Positions 1-9,454 of a stretch of 64,000 nt of DNA are shown here, in pieces. How positions within the stretch are numbered: the stretch's first letter is position 1; every line of letters starts with the position of its first letter. A program made the position numbers and the translations under genes. The stretch is from contig CAVSGI010000009.1 of NCBI GenBank assembly GCA_963727445.1, forward strand, positions 96,001-160,000. The letters are read 5' to 3'. The notes beneath the pieces were generated by a model, which saw nothing but the letters and a program-made list of their open reading frames with translations, did no database searches and was not told the origin of the DNA. This DNA is from an uncultured delta proteobacterium. Lineage in GTDB: Bacteria > Myxococcota_A > Polyangia > Polyangiales > B10-G4.

Positions 1-102
1 CGGTCGCGATGGCAGGGGCTCACCGGCGGCGACTCTGCGCAGCGAGCCCTCGACGACTTCTTCGGTGGCCTCCGGACCAGTGCGAGCGCGGCCAGGCGAT
101 GA
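1..102 (+). CDS. 3' end of DUF5947-like hydrogenase accessory protein (partial)
   Basis: Frame 1 reads RSRWQGLTGGDSAQRALDDFFGGLR...TGA; W.G..GG...D.FF..L resembles the DUF5947 C-terminus; ATGA overlap with the next gene. Confidence 0.55.
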   Translation, partial: RSRWQGLTGGDSAQRALDDFFGGLRTSASAARR

Positions 103-1398
103 CCGTGGAGGCCGTCGAGCGAATCGCGAGCGCGCTCTTGTACGAAGGCTACCTGCTGTTTCCATATGGTCCCTCTGCGAAGAACGAGCGTCGGTTCACG
201 ATGGGCGGTCTGGTACCCCGCGCGGCCAGCGTCGTCCGCGGGGGCCACGAACGATGGCGACTTTCGTGTGACTGTCTCATCGAAGGCGATCACGACACGT
301 CTTTGGGCGTCTCGCTGCGCTTCCTCGTGCCGCTCGCGCACCGATTGGAAGCGCTCGAGGGCGACGTGGCTTCACCGACCGACCGTCTCGAAGTGGGGGG
401 GGCGTTGTGGCTCGCGCGCACAGCGGCGGAAGAGCACGCCATCCCGCTCGAGACCGTGACCGTGGGCAGGCTGTGCGACGAAGATGGATGGAGCGCCGAG
501 ATCCGGATCCCGGCCCTGTTCCATCGCGAGGACATCGAGGTCGAGGGGAGGGCCATCGGTCGCGCGATCTCCGAGCGCAAGCCTGTGTCGGCGCGCGTGA
601 CGCTGAAGAGCACGCCCGTCGGCGGCGCAGGGTTTCGGATCACCCTCACCGTCGAGAACCTGACTCGGAGATTGGACGGCGTGGACGCGGACGAGCTCGT
701 CGCCGGCAGCACCATGGAGGCAGCACACGCGATCGTCACCGCCAGCGGTGGTGATTGGGTCAGCAACATCGACCCTCCCGACGAGCTCCGCTCAGCCGTC
801 GCGACGAATGCGATGGATGGCGCGTTCCCGGTGCTCGTGGGCCGTCCGCCCGAGCGCTCGCAGATCCTGTGCTCCCCCATCATCCTCTACGACTACCCCG
901 AGGTGGCTCCCGAGAGCCGCGGCGACCTCTTCGACTGCACCGAGAACGATGAGCTGCTCTCCCTGAGCGTTCTCTCTCTGTCCGATTCGGAGCGCCGCGA
1001 TGCACGCGCCTTCGATCCTCGCGGTGCCGAGATCGTCGACCGTATCGAAGCGATGCACGGGCGGGACTTCGACCGACTCCACGGTGCGGTTCGCGGATTC
1101 GGTCCCTCGACGGACTCGGCACAGGAGCGACGGCTTCGCATCGACCAACGGATGGTGGGGGCGGGGGACCGAGTGCGACTGCGGCCGAAAGGCCGCGCGG
1201 ACGCCTTCGATTCTCATCCTGGGTGGACGCATCGCCACGGTGCAGTCGGTAGAGTGGGATGTCGGCGGTCAGGCTTACCTCGCCGTCACCATCGACGACG
1301 ATCCCGGCAAGACGCTGGGCGAGGAGGGGCGCTCGGCCGGGCACCGCTTCTTCTTCCGCCCCGACGAGGTGGAGCTCTTGTCGCGGGAGGACCCATGA
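99..1398 (+). CDS. Conserved hydrogenase-associated protein (HhaC-like, group 1h-type clusters), apparent +1 frameshift at ~1212
   Basis: LLYEGYLLFPY, ILYDYPEVAPES.GDLFD and GDRVRLRP..RADAFD in one frame; LILGGRIATV...DDDPG...GHRFFFRPDEVE in the +1 frame ending TGA 1396-1398. Confidence 0.75.
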
Positions 1399-1883
1399 GC
1401 CGCGTTCTCGTGGCAGGGATTGGGAACATCTTCCTGGGCGACGACGGGTTCGGCGTCGAGGTCGCGCGGCGTCTGGCCGCCGACGGGCTGCCGAACGGCG
1501 CGGTGGTCTTCGACTTCGGGGTCCGCGGTATCGACCTCGCGTACGCGATCGAGAAGCACGACGCGGCAATCCTCGTGGACGCGACCCAACGCGGCGGTGA
1601 GCCGGGGACGGTCTACGTGCTGGAGCCGGAGCTCCCGCACGGACAGCATCACCCCGCGAGCCCCGATGGCCATCGCCTCACCCCGGACCGCATACTGTCG
1701 ATGCTCGAGCCCGCGTCGTGGCCGTCGTTTCTGCGCGTCGTGGGTTGCGAGCCCGAGAGCTTCGGTGCACCGGGGCTCGGCCGTGTGGGCTTGAGCCCGC
1801 CGGTATCGGGGGCGGTGGCCCCTGCGTGTCGCCGGGTTCGCGAGCTGGTCTCCACGCAGTTGGGGGAGGCAGACCATGCATGA
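1395..1883 (+). CDS. Hydrogenase maturation endopeptidase (HupD/HyaD/HycI family)
   Basis: VLVAGIGNIFLGDDGFG, LVDA, GEPGTVY, VGCEP; ATGA overlap at 1395-1398 with GGAGG upstream. Confidence 0.93.
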   Translation: MSRVLVAGIGNIFLGDDGFGVEVARRLAADGLPNGAVVFDFGVRGIDLAYAIEKHDAAILVDATQRGGEPGTVYVLEPELPHGQHHPASPDGHRLTPDRILSMLEPASWPSFLRVVGCEPESFGAPGLGRVGLSPPVSGAVAPACRRVRELVSTQLGEADHA

Positions 1884-2205
1884 GCTCGGACTGACGATGC
1901 AGGTGGTGTCCGTGGTCAGCCAGCGGGCTGGCGAGGCGCGCGTCAGTCGTGTCGTGCTGGAAGTGGGAAAGCTCGCCGCAGTGCTGCCGGATGCCATGGC
2001 GTTCTGCTTCGAGCTCTGCGCGGCCGGGACGCCCCTCGAAGGCGCGAGCCTCGAGATCGTCGAGGTGCCCGGCGTCGCGCGATGCCGCGCGTGTGACGGG
2101 CGCGTCGAGCTGGAGCGTCCGGTCGGGCAATGCAGGTGCGGTTCGCGCGAGCTCGAGTGGATCTCGGGGGACGAGCTCAGGATCCGCGAGATGGAGGTGG
2201 TCTGA
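1876..2205 (+). CDS. hypA: Hydrogenase nickel metallochaperone HypA
   Basis: MHE N-terminus, CRAC and CRCGS zinc motifs, GDELRI..MEV C-terminus. Confidence 0.96.
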   Translation: MHELGLTMQVVSVVSQRAGEARVSRVVLEVGKLAAVLPDAMAFCFELCAAGTPLEGASLEIVEVPGVARCRACDGRVELERPVGQCRCGSRELEWISGDELRIREMEVV

Positions 2206-3026
2206 TGTGTGGGATTTGCGGATGCGGGGTGTCGAAGGATCACGACCACGGGCATGAAGCCGAGCATGGCCACGGGCATGAGCACGGGCATGGTGATGAC
2301 CACGACCACGACCACGGCCACGGCCACGGGGATGCCGCGCAGGCGAGGATCGTCGCCCTCGAGCACGATCTGCTCGCGCACAACGACGAGCTCGCGGGCG
2401 AGAATCGGAAGTGGCTCGACCGTCGTCGGGCCTTCGCCATCAACCTCGTGAGCTCCCCGGGAGCCGGCAAGACCTCGCTCCTCGAGCGAACGCTTCATGA
2501 CCAGGGCGCCCAGCTCCGAGCCTGCGTGGTCGAAGGGGATCAAGAGACCGAGTGTGATGCCGAGCGCATCCGCGCCACCGGCCGGCCCGTGCTCCAGGTG
2601 AACACCGGCGCCGTCTGCCACCTCGACGCCTCCATGGTCTCGCGTGCGCTGTCGACCCTCGATCCTCCGGTGGGGGCGACGGTCTTCATCGAGAACGTCG
2701 GCAACCTCGTCTGCCCGGCTCTCTTCGATCTGGGAGAGCACGAACGCGTGGTCGTCTTTTCCGTCACGGAGGGCGACGACAAGCCGCTCAAGTACCCTCA
2801 CATGTTTCGCTCAGCGACCGCCCTCGTGCTGAGCAAGATCGATCTCCTCCCCTACGTACCCTTCGACCTCGCCCGCTGCCTGGACAACGTGCGCGCCGTC
2901 AACGGCGAGCTCGAGATGATGTGTCTGTCCAACACCACGGGAGAGGGATTCGATGCCTGGCTCGACTGGCTCCGCGCGCGCGTCGCGAGAGCCGATGTCG
3001 CCCCCAGTCCCCGGAGTGCGCCATGA
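2205..3026 (+). CDS. hypB: Hydrogenase nickel-incorporation GTPase HypB
   Basis: MCGICGC, His-rich tract, SSPGAGKT P-loop, CHLDA, ENVGNLVCPA.FDLGE, EGDDKPLKYPHMF. Confidence 0.97.
   Translation: MCGICGCGVSKDHDHGHEAEHGHGHEHGHGDDHDHDHGHGHGDAAQARIVALEHDLLAHNDELAGENRKWLDRRRAFAINLVSSPGAGKTSLLERTLHDQGAQLRACVVEGDQETECDAERIRATGRPVLQVNTGAVCHLDASMVSRALSTLDPPVGATVFIENVGNLVCPALFDLGEHERVVVFSVTEGDDKPLKYPHMFRSATALVLSKIDLLPYVPFDLARCLDNVRAVNGELEMMCLSNTTGEGFDAWLDWLRARVARADVAPSPRSAP
2241..2330 (+). repeat. His-rich coding repeat (CAC-GAC/CAC-GGC units) in hypB
   Basis: Encodes HDHGHEAEHGHGHEHGHGDDHDHDHGHGHG. Confidence 0.8.
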
Positions 3027-4282
3027 GCGTTCAGCAACCCCCCGCGGGCGAGGGCTTCGAGGAGCTGGTCGGTGTTCTACGCGATCTCACGGGAGCGCTG
3101 CACGGAACCGAGGCGGAGCACGGTCACGTCATCATCCCTGCGTCTCAGGTCGACGAGATGCGTGCGCAGGCTCGGTATCAGGCCCTCGTCGAACAGATCC
3201 CGGCGCTGACCTTCACCGTGAGCCTCGAGGAAGGCACACCCGAGATCTACGTCGGGCCGCAGATCGAGGAGATCCTCGGCTTCACCCAGGAAGAGTGGAT
3301 GGAAGATCCCATCCTCTGGTTCGCGCAATGCCATCCCGAGGATCGAGACATCTGGCATCAGGAGTTCGCTCGCGGCATCGCGACCGGGGGCCCCTTCGTC
3401 GCCGAGTGCCGCGTCTTCGCAAAGGACAAGAGCATCGTCTGGCTGCACGGAGAGGCACGCCTCGTGCGCGACGACGCGGGGCAGCCCCTCTTCCTTCAGG
3501 GGATCGCCTTCGACATCACCGAGAGCAAGAAGGCCGAGCAGAAGATGAAGGAGGCGCAGGAGATCCGCGTGCTGAACGAGCGCCTCAGCGCCGTCGGCCA
3601 GATGGCGGCGAGCATCGGTCACGACCTGCGCAACCCGCTCGGTGCCATTCGAAACTCCTGGCATTACATCAGCAAGCGTTTGCCGGACAGCGACGTGGTC
3701 GAAAACGACCCGCGCGTGGAGAAGCTGGGTGCCGTCATCGAACGCGAGCTCGCGCACTGCACGGCGATCATCAGCGAGCTCCTGGAGTTCGCACGGGATC
3801 GCGAGCCTTACAAGGTGGCCTGCCCTCTGGGGGAGCTCGTCGAGGAGGCGTTGAGCGTAGTGAACGTGCCGAACGAATCCATCCTCATCTCCAACTCCGT
3901 CGACGCGGATCTGCCAGTGCCTCACCTGGATCGCGATCAGATGCGTCAGGTGGTGGTGAATCTGCTGCAGAACGCAGTGGAAGCGGTCGGGAAGCACGGC
4001 CGGGTGGAGGCGCGCGGCCGATTCGAGGACCACACCCAGAGGGTGGTCCTCGACGTCATCGACGACGGCGCCGGGATCCTCCCCGAGCTTCACGAGCAGA
4101 TCTGGAAGCCGCTCTTCACCACCAAGGTCAAGGGTACGGGTCTGGGCCTCCCCATCGTCGCGAACATCGTGCAGCGTCACGATGGCGAGGTGTTCGTCGA
4201 GAGCGCTCCGGGAAGCGGCGCCACCTTTTCGCTCTACCTGCAGATCGGCGAGCCGAGCGAGGGCCCCGCGCCACAACGTTGA
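3023..4282 (+). CDS. PAS-domain sensor histidine kinase
   Basis: PAS/PAC (YVGPQIEEILGF..HPEDR..QGIAFDITE), H-box GHDLRNPL, N-box NLLQNA, DDGAGI, FTTK..GTGLGL; ATGA overlap with hypB. Confidence 0.93.
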   Translation: MSVQQPPAGEGFEELVGVLRDLTGALHGTEAEHGHVIIPASQVDEMRAQARYQALVEQIPALTFTVSLEEGTPEIYVGPQIEEILGFTQEEWMEDPILWFAQCHPEDRDIWHQEFARGIATGGPFVAECRVFAKDKSIVWLHGEARLVRDDAGQPLFLQGIAFDITESKKAEQKMKEAQEIRVLNERLSAVGQMAASIGHDLRNPLGAIRNSWHYISKRLPDSDVVENDPRVEKLGAVIERELAHCTAIISELLEFARDREPYKVACPLGELVEEALSVVNVPNESILISNSVDADLPVPHLDRDQMRQVVVNLLQNAVEAVGKHGRVEARGRFEDHTQRVVLDVIDDGAGILPELHEQIWKPLFTTKVKGTGLGLPIVANIVQRHDGEVFVESAPGSGATFSLYLQIGEPSEGPAPQR

Positions 4283-4292
4283 CGGCCGGGGC

Positions 4293-4814
4293 TCAGGCTT
4301 TCGACTTCCAGGCGGAGGACTTCGGTGCGTTCAGAGCACCGCCCCGCGCCGTCAGCACGACGGGAGCCGAGCCCTCGCCCTGGTCGAACTGGCCGCTCGA
4401 TAGCAGGTGCTCGAGGACCGACCCTGGCCGTCCGACCCTGCCCAGCAGGATGTGCGACGCCTTGAAGTCGACCGCCGTCTGAAAGAGCTCGGCTGCGGTG
4501 CGCTCCTGTACGCGGGTCAGATGGACGGGAGCGAAGCGGATGTGCAGGTGCATCTCGACGAGGGAGAGCTCGGGGAGCTCCACGGAAGCAGCCTCGACGA
4601 TCTCGTTCACGTGCTTCCACACCTCCGGATAGGCTCTTTCGAGGATCGCGCTCCGCTTCTCCTCGGCCGTGAGACGACCGGTCTGGTCCAGCTCGACCTG
4701 TGAGACGACGTAGACGATGTGTACCGCCCGGTCCTCGTCACTCGCCCTCTCGAGCGCCGCTCGAAGGGCAGCTTCTGCTTTCTCGGACCGATCGAATCCA
4801 ACGAGAATCGACAT
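4293..4814 (-). CDS. Universal stress protein-like
   Basis: SILVGFDRSEKAEAALRAA N-terminus, HIVYVV, A.HILLGR; start overlaps the stop of the upstream regulator. Confidence 0.7.
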   Translation of the reverse strand: MSILVGFDRSEKAEAALRAALERASDEDRAVHIVYVVSQVELDQTGRLTAEEKRSAILERAYPEVWKHVNEIVEAASVELPELSLVEMHLHIRFAPVHLTRVQERTAAELFQTAVDFKASHILLGRVGRPGSVLEHLLSSGQFDQGEGSAPVVLTARGGALNAPKSSAWKSKA

Positions 4815-6175
4815 CACCCATATCGCTTTTCGATGCCGTGCTTGTTGAGCTTGCTGTGAAGGGTGGCCCGGCTGACACCGAGGAGCTTCGCCGCCTCGCT
4901 CCGATTGTCGTCCGCTTCCCTCAGCGCGTTCAAGAGGATGCCTCGTTCATAGGCCGCGAGCTTCTCCCTCAGGGTCGCGCGGCGCCGAGGGGCGGCACCG
5001 TCCCAATCGGCGAGGACCGACATGTCGATCCGTCCATCGTTGGAGAGGGCCACCAGCCGATCGACGGCGTTTTCCAGCTCACGAACGTTGCCAGGCCATT
5101 TGCGTGCGACGAAAGAGTCGTAAAGCGCCGCGGGGGCCCTGAGGCGATTGAGCCCATATCGCCTGCCATAGAGATCGATGAAGTGGTCGATGAGGTGCGG
5201 AATCTCCTCGGGGCGATCCCTGAGCGGCGGCACTTCCAGCTCGACGACGCGAAGACGATAGAAGAGATCTTCGCGAAAGGCGCCGACGCTCACAGCTTCG
5301 GCGAGGTCTCGACTGGTGGTGGCGATGAAGCGGACGTCCACCTTCTCCGCCTCTTCGGAGCCGACGGGCCGAACCTCTCCTTCCTGTAAGACGCGGAGAA
5401 GCGACGCCTGGACCGCCACCGGCAGCTCGCTCACCTGATCGAGCAGGAGTGTTCCGCCATCCGCTTCGCGCAACAAGCCGGGCCGTGACTCCTCGGCGCC
5501 GGTGAAGGCGCCTCGCGTGTGACCGAAGAGGGTCGAGGCGGTCAGGTCGTCCCCGAGGGTGGCACAGTTCACCCGCAAGAACGGTCGGTCGGCCCGCGCA
5601 GAAGCGGCGACGATGCACTCGGCGAGCCGCTCCTTTCCCGTGCCCGTCTCCCCGCGGATGAGCACCGTCGTGGGCGAGCCCGCGACCCGCCGCGCCATCA
5701 CCGCGAGTCGCCTCATGGGCTCCGAATCGAAGAGCATGTAGCGCGAAAAGGTCAGCTCCCCAGCGAGTCGTTCGTTCTCGCTTTGGAGGGTTGCCGACTC
5801 GACGGCGCGCCGGACGACCGCCAACAGGTGATCGACATCACAGGGCTTGGTCAGGTAGTCGTAGGCGCCGACCTTCATCGCCTCCACGGCCCGGCTCTCG
5901 GAGCCGTGGCCGGTGACGACGATCACCCGCGGCGGGTTCTGCCAGTCGCGCATCGAGCTCAGCAGCTCGAGGCCGTCCATCCCGGGCATGCGCAGGTCGG
6001 TGATGACGATGTGCACGTCTGCGTGGGCGAGATGCTCGAGCGCCGCTCGGCCGTCCTCCGCCTCCAACACCGCGACGTGCTGATCCTCGAGGACCGCACG
6101 CAGCGTCACGCGGGTGGCGGGGTCGTCGTCGACGAGGAGGGCGCGCGGCCGACCCGACGAAAGCATTGGCCCCAT
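4814..6175 (-). CDS. Sigma54-dependent response regulator (REC-AAA+-HTH, NtrC family)
   Basis: REC (ITDLRMP), GETGTGKE, GAFTGA, FREDLFYRL, WPGNVRELEN, Fis-type HTH; Walker B reads LLDQ. Confidence 0.94.
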   Translation of the reverse strand: MGPMLSSGRPRALLVDDDPATRVTLRAVLEDQHVAVLEAEDGRAALEHLAHADVHIVITDLRMPGMDGLELLSSMRDWQNPPRVIVVTGHGSESRAVEAMKVGAYDYLTKPCDVDHLLAVVRRAVESATLQSENERLAGELTFSRYMLFDSEPMRRLAVMARRVAGSPTTVLIRGETGTGKERLAECIVAASARADRPFLRVNCATLGDDLTASTLFGHTRGAFTGAEESRPGLLREADGGTLLLDQVSELPVAVQASLLRVLQEGEVRPVGSEEAEKVDVRFIATTSRDLAEAVSVGAFREDLFYRLRVVELEVPPLRDRPEEIPHLIDHFIDLYGRRYGLNRLRAPAALYDSFVARKWPGNVRELENAVDRLVALSNDGRIDMSVLADWDGAAPRRRATLREKLAAYERGILLNALREADDNRSEAAKLLGVSRATLHSKLNKHGIEKRYG

Positions 6176-6250
6176 GGGTGACAGGATAGCTCTGAACGCC
6201 CACCCGGATGAAGACGAGTGTAAGAGGTTCTCGACACCCAGTGTCGCTTT

Positions 6251-8170
6251 TTGCGGGTTTCGAGGTGGAACGGTAGTTGCGACGTCAGAGAGGGGGCTTT
6301 GCGCAATGTGGCCGCGTTAGATCACGACGAGGAGGGGGTACACGCATCCCGCACCACGAATGTGTCGGGCAGGGGTTACCTCCGACTCCTGGTGGTCGAG
6401 GACGATCCCACCTTCGCCGAGATCCTCTGCGGTGGCATCGTGGATCACGATGGCTCGGTACGGCTTCGTCGCGTGGGCAACCTTCCTGCCGCCATCCGTC
6501 ACCTGAGTGAAGAGACCTTCGATGCGGTCCTGTTGGATCTGGGTCTGCCCGATTCGGTCGGATTGGACACGCTGAAGCGGGTCCTCGATGCAGAGCCACG
6601 CATTCCGGTGGTGGTCCTGACGGGAGCGGACGAGAAGGTGATGGCGCGCCAGGCGATCGAGATGGGCGCCCAGGACTTTCTCGAGAAGGGTCGGGTGCCG
6701 CCGGGTTCCATCCTCAGGAGCGTTCGCTACGCGGTCACCCGAAGTCGGCTGCGCTGGCAGATCAGTGACCTCGTGCAAGCCAACCTGGACGCCATGATGG
6801 TGGTCGACTCTCGTGGCCAGGTGCGGTTAGCCAACGCGGCTGCCGAGGGCCTCTTCGGGCAGGGCCTCGTGGGCCGGCGTTCGCCCGTCACCCTGGCGGG
6901 ACGCGGGCGCTTCGAAGTGCGGATCGGGGCGGGCAGAGAACCGCGCCGTACCCTCGAGGTCCAGGCGACCACCGTTCGTTGGGAGGACGAGGATTCGGTC
7001 CTCGCATCCATCAGGGACGTCACCGAGATCCGTCGCGCGCAGGAGCTCGAGCGCAGGCTACAGCACGCCGACCGCCTCGCCGCCATCGGTCAGCTCGCAG
7101 CCGGAGTGGCCCACGAGGTCAACAACCCCGCGGCGTTCATCCACGCGAACCTGGAGGCGCTGGCGCGGGACGTGGAGGCGACGGGCGGCACCGACAACAC
7201 CCATGCGCGGGCGCTGATCGCCGACTGCCTTGCCGGCATCGAGCGCATCTCCGAGATCGTGCAGGAGCTCGCTGGCTTTGCTCGCCTCGACGACGACCGC
7301 GCGAGACCCGTCGACCTCTGCGAGGTCGCTCGTTCCGCTTGTACAATGGCGAGCAGTACCCTTCGCCACAGCGCGACATTGGAGCTCGACCTCCATCCTC
7401 TGCCAACCATCGTCGGCGACGCGACCAAGTTGGTCCAGGTCGTTCTCAACCTCGTCGTCAACGCCGCCGATGCCATCAAGGGGGCTGGGGGCACCGACAA
7501 CCGCGTCCTCGTCGAGACACGCCATGACGACGAGTGGGTGATGTTGGCGGTGGAGGATACGGGGCCCGGGATCCCCGATCACCTCCAAAACCGCATCTTC
7601 GAACCCTTCTACACGAGCAAGCCGCCTGGGAAGGGCACCGGTCTCGGTCTGGCGATCTCGGCCGACACGATTCACGCGCATGGCGGTACCCTCGAGGTGC
7701 AGAGCGCCGTCGGTGTCGGCACCCGCTTCGAGATCCGGTTGCCGCGTGACCATGGCCGCGAACCAGCCTCCGAGGACTCGGGCGCCCATCGCATCGTCCT
7801 CCCGCCGCCGCGGCGTTTGCGTGTGCTCGTGGTGGACGACGAGGCCATGCTTCGGCGGGCCTTTCAGCGGCTCATCGGAGCCATGCACGAGACGGTGACG
7901 ACCGATGGGCCGGGCGCGCTCGAGCTGCTGCGTCGAGACCCGCGCTTCGACGTCATCGTCTGCGATCTCATGATGCCAGACGTCGACGGCCCCGAGCTCT
8001 ACGAGCGGGTGACTGAGGAGCACCCCAAACTGGCGAGCCGCTTCGTGTTCCTCACGGGCGGCGTGTTCACCGATCGGGCTCGGACCTTTCTCGAGCGCCA
8101 TGACTTCAAGATGCTCAGGAAGCCCGTGCCCCAGAAGGAGCTGTTATCGGCGATTCACGAGATCGGCTGA
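6251..8170 (+). CDS. Hybrid histidine kinase REC-PAS-HisKA-HATPase-REC (start uncertain)
   Basis: LLDLGLPD receiver, AHEVNNP H-box, GKGTGLGL, C-terminal CDLMMP receiver. Confidence 0.92.
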   Translation: MRVSRWNGSCDVREGALRNVAALDHDEEGVHASRTTNVSGRGYLRLLVVEDDPTFAEILCGGIVDHDGSVRLRRVGNLPAAIRHLSEETFDAVLLDLGLPDSVGLDTLKRVLDAEPRIPVVVLTGADEKVMARQAIEMGAQDFLEKGRVPPGSILRSVRYAVTRSRLRWQISDLVQANLDAMMVVDSRGQVRLANAAAEGLFGQGLVGRRSPVTLAGRGRFEVRIGAGREPRRTLEVQATTVRWEDEDSVLASIRDVTEIRRAQELERRLQHADRLAAIGQLAAGVAHEVNNPAAFIHANLEALARDVEATGGTDNTHARALIADCLAGIERISEIVQELAGFARLDDDRARPVDLCEVARSACTMASSTLRHSATLELDLHPLPTIVGDATKLVQVVLNLVVNAADAIKGAGGTDNRVLVETRHDDEWVMLAVEDTGPGIPDHLQNRIFEPFYTSKPPGKGTGLGLAISADTIHAHGGTLEVQSAVGVGTRFEIRLPRDHGREPASEDSGAHRIVLPPPRRLRVLVVDDEAMLRRAFQRLIGAMHETVTTDGPGALELLRRDPRFDVIVCDLMMPDVDGPELYERVTEEHPKLASRFVFLTGGVFTDRARTFLERHDFKMLRKPVPQKELLSAIHEIG

Positions 8171-8238
8171 CTTGGCCCGTCGCGCACTCCGGTGTTGAGG
8201 AAGCTGGACAGTCTCGACGAAAGAACGCGTGTTTTCCG

Positions 8239-8254
8239 CGGCACGTCCATTGCA
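8239..8254 (+). promoter_or_regulatory. Candidate sigma54 -24/-12 promoter
   Basis: CGGCACGTCCATTGCA = GG-N10-GC, near-consensus TGGCACG-N4-TTGCW, immediately upstream of ATG 8267. Confidence 0.65.
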
Positions 8255-8266
8255 CCTTGATTGGAC

Positions 8267-9010
8267 ATGAGCTTCGAGTTGCTGCTCATCGACGACGAGG
8301 AGAGCGTGCGGACGACCCTGGCGGGCGCTCTGGAGATCAAGGGATTTCAGGTAACCGAAGCCGCCTCCGCATACGAAGCCATCGAACTGGTGAAGACTCA
8401 CGACTTCGATCTCGTGGTGTCGGACCTGTGCATGCCGGGCCTCGACGGGATCGAGGGCGCTCGCGCGATGCGGGCGCTGAAGCCCGAGCTCCCCCTCATC
8501 CTCATCACCGCCCACGAAGCGGAAGGCGTTCTGGAACGGGCGTTGTCGCAGGGTGTGTACACGGTCGTGCCCAAGCCGTTGAACATCGAGCATTTCCTGG
8601 TGCTCGCGCGGCGTGCAGCGGGACGTCCGACCGTTCTCGTCGTCGACGACCAGGAGGATTGCGCAACGACGATGGCCTCGGCACTCGAGAGCGCGGGAAT
8701 TCGGGCGCGCCCCGTTTACGACCCCGACTCGGCGCTCGCGGTGATGAAGAACGAGCCCATCGACCTCGCGATCATCGATCTGGTGTTCGATGACTCGAAC
8801 GGCGTCGAGCTTCTGGACAAGATGCGCGCGTTCGACGGTGAGTTGATCGCGATAGGCATGACCGGCAAGAACATGGATGGACTCATCCGCGGTATGATGG
8901 ACAGGGGCGCATACAAGTGTTTGCAGAAGCCTCTCGACGTACGCGGTTTGGTGCGCAGCGTGGCCCGCGCCAGATGCAGCGTTCGAACCGGGGACAAGCT
9001 TCAGCGCTGA
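8267..9010 (+). CDS. Tandem double-receiver response regulator without output domain
   Basis: Two REC domains (LLIDDE..SDLCMP..PKP; LVVDDQ..IDLVF..QKP). Confidence 0.9.
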   Translation: MSFELLLIDDEESVRTTLAGALEIKGFQVTEAASAYEAIELVKTHDFDLVVSDLCMPGLDGIEGARAMRALKPELPLILITAHEAEGVLERALSQGVYTVVPKPLNIEHFLVLARRAAGRPTVLVVDDQEDCATTMASALESAGIRARPVYDPDSALAVMKNEPIDLAIIDLVFDDSNGVELLDKMRAFDGELIAIGMTGKNMDGLIRGMMDRGAYKCLQKPLDVRGLVRSVARARCSVRTGDKLQR

Positions 9011-9019
9011 AGGGGGAGC

Positions 9020-9454
9020 ATGGCGAAGGAAAAGTACGGGGTGTTGGTTGTTGACGACGACCCGTCGGTGCTCATGACCATGGCAGCGATTCTGGAGAGT
9101 GAATTTCGGGTTCGGGCGACGGGATCCGCACGGCAAGGTCTGGACTGGCTTCGCGCGGGCGACTACCACGTCGTGGTCGCCGATTGGCAGATGCCCGAAA
9201 TGGATGGGGTCGCTTTTCTCTCGTCGGTTGGGGACGCCCAGCAAGTGGTTGCCTGTCTGCTCGTGACTGGGCACGTGGACGAGCTGGCTTTGGAGGTCCC
9301 ATGGGATGACCGCCGAACGCTCGCGCTGCTGAGGAAACCTTTCGATCCCCGCGTGTTGGTTGCTCGCGTTCAGCATCTGGCGAGACTGAGCGCGATGAAG
9401 CGTTCGAGCGTTCGACTTCGCGACGCGGCCTCGAACCTACGCTCGGGAGACTGA
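9020..9454 (+). CDS. Single-domain response regulator
   Basis: LVVDDD, ADWQMPEMDG, RKPFD; GGGGAG RBS. Confidence 0.9.
   Translation: MAKEKYGVLVVDDDPSVLMTMAAILESEFRVRATGSARQGLDWLRAGDYHVVVADWQMPEMDGVAFLSSVGDAQQVVACLLVTGHVDELALEVPWDDRRTLALLRKPFDPRVLVARVQHLARLSAMKRSSVRLRDAASNLRSGD

Noticed and set aside
9..1883. 624-aa ORF as a genuine accessory protein-protease fusion
   Set aside because: Explained by one extra base at about 1212; the linker is Arg-rich junk and the protease has its own RBS and ATGA start
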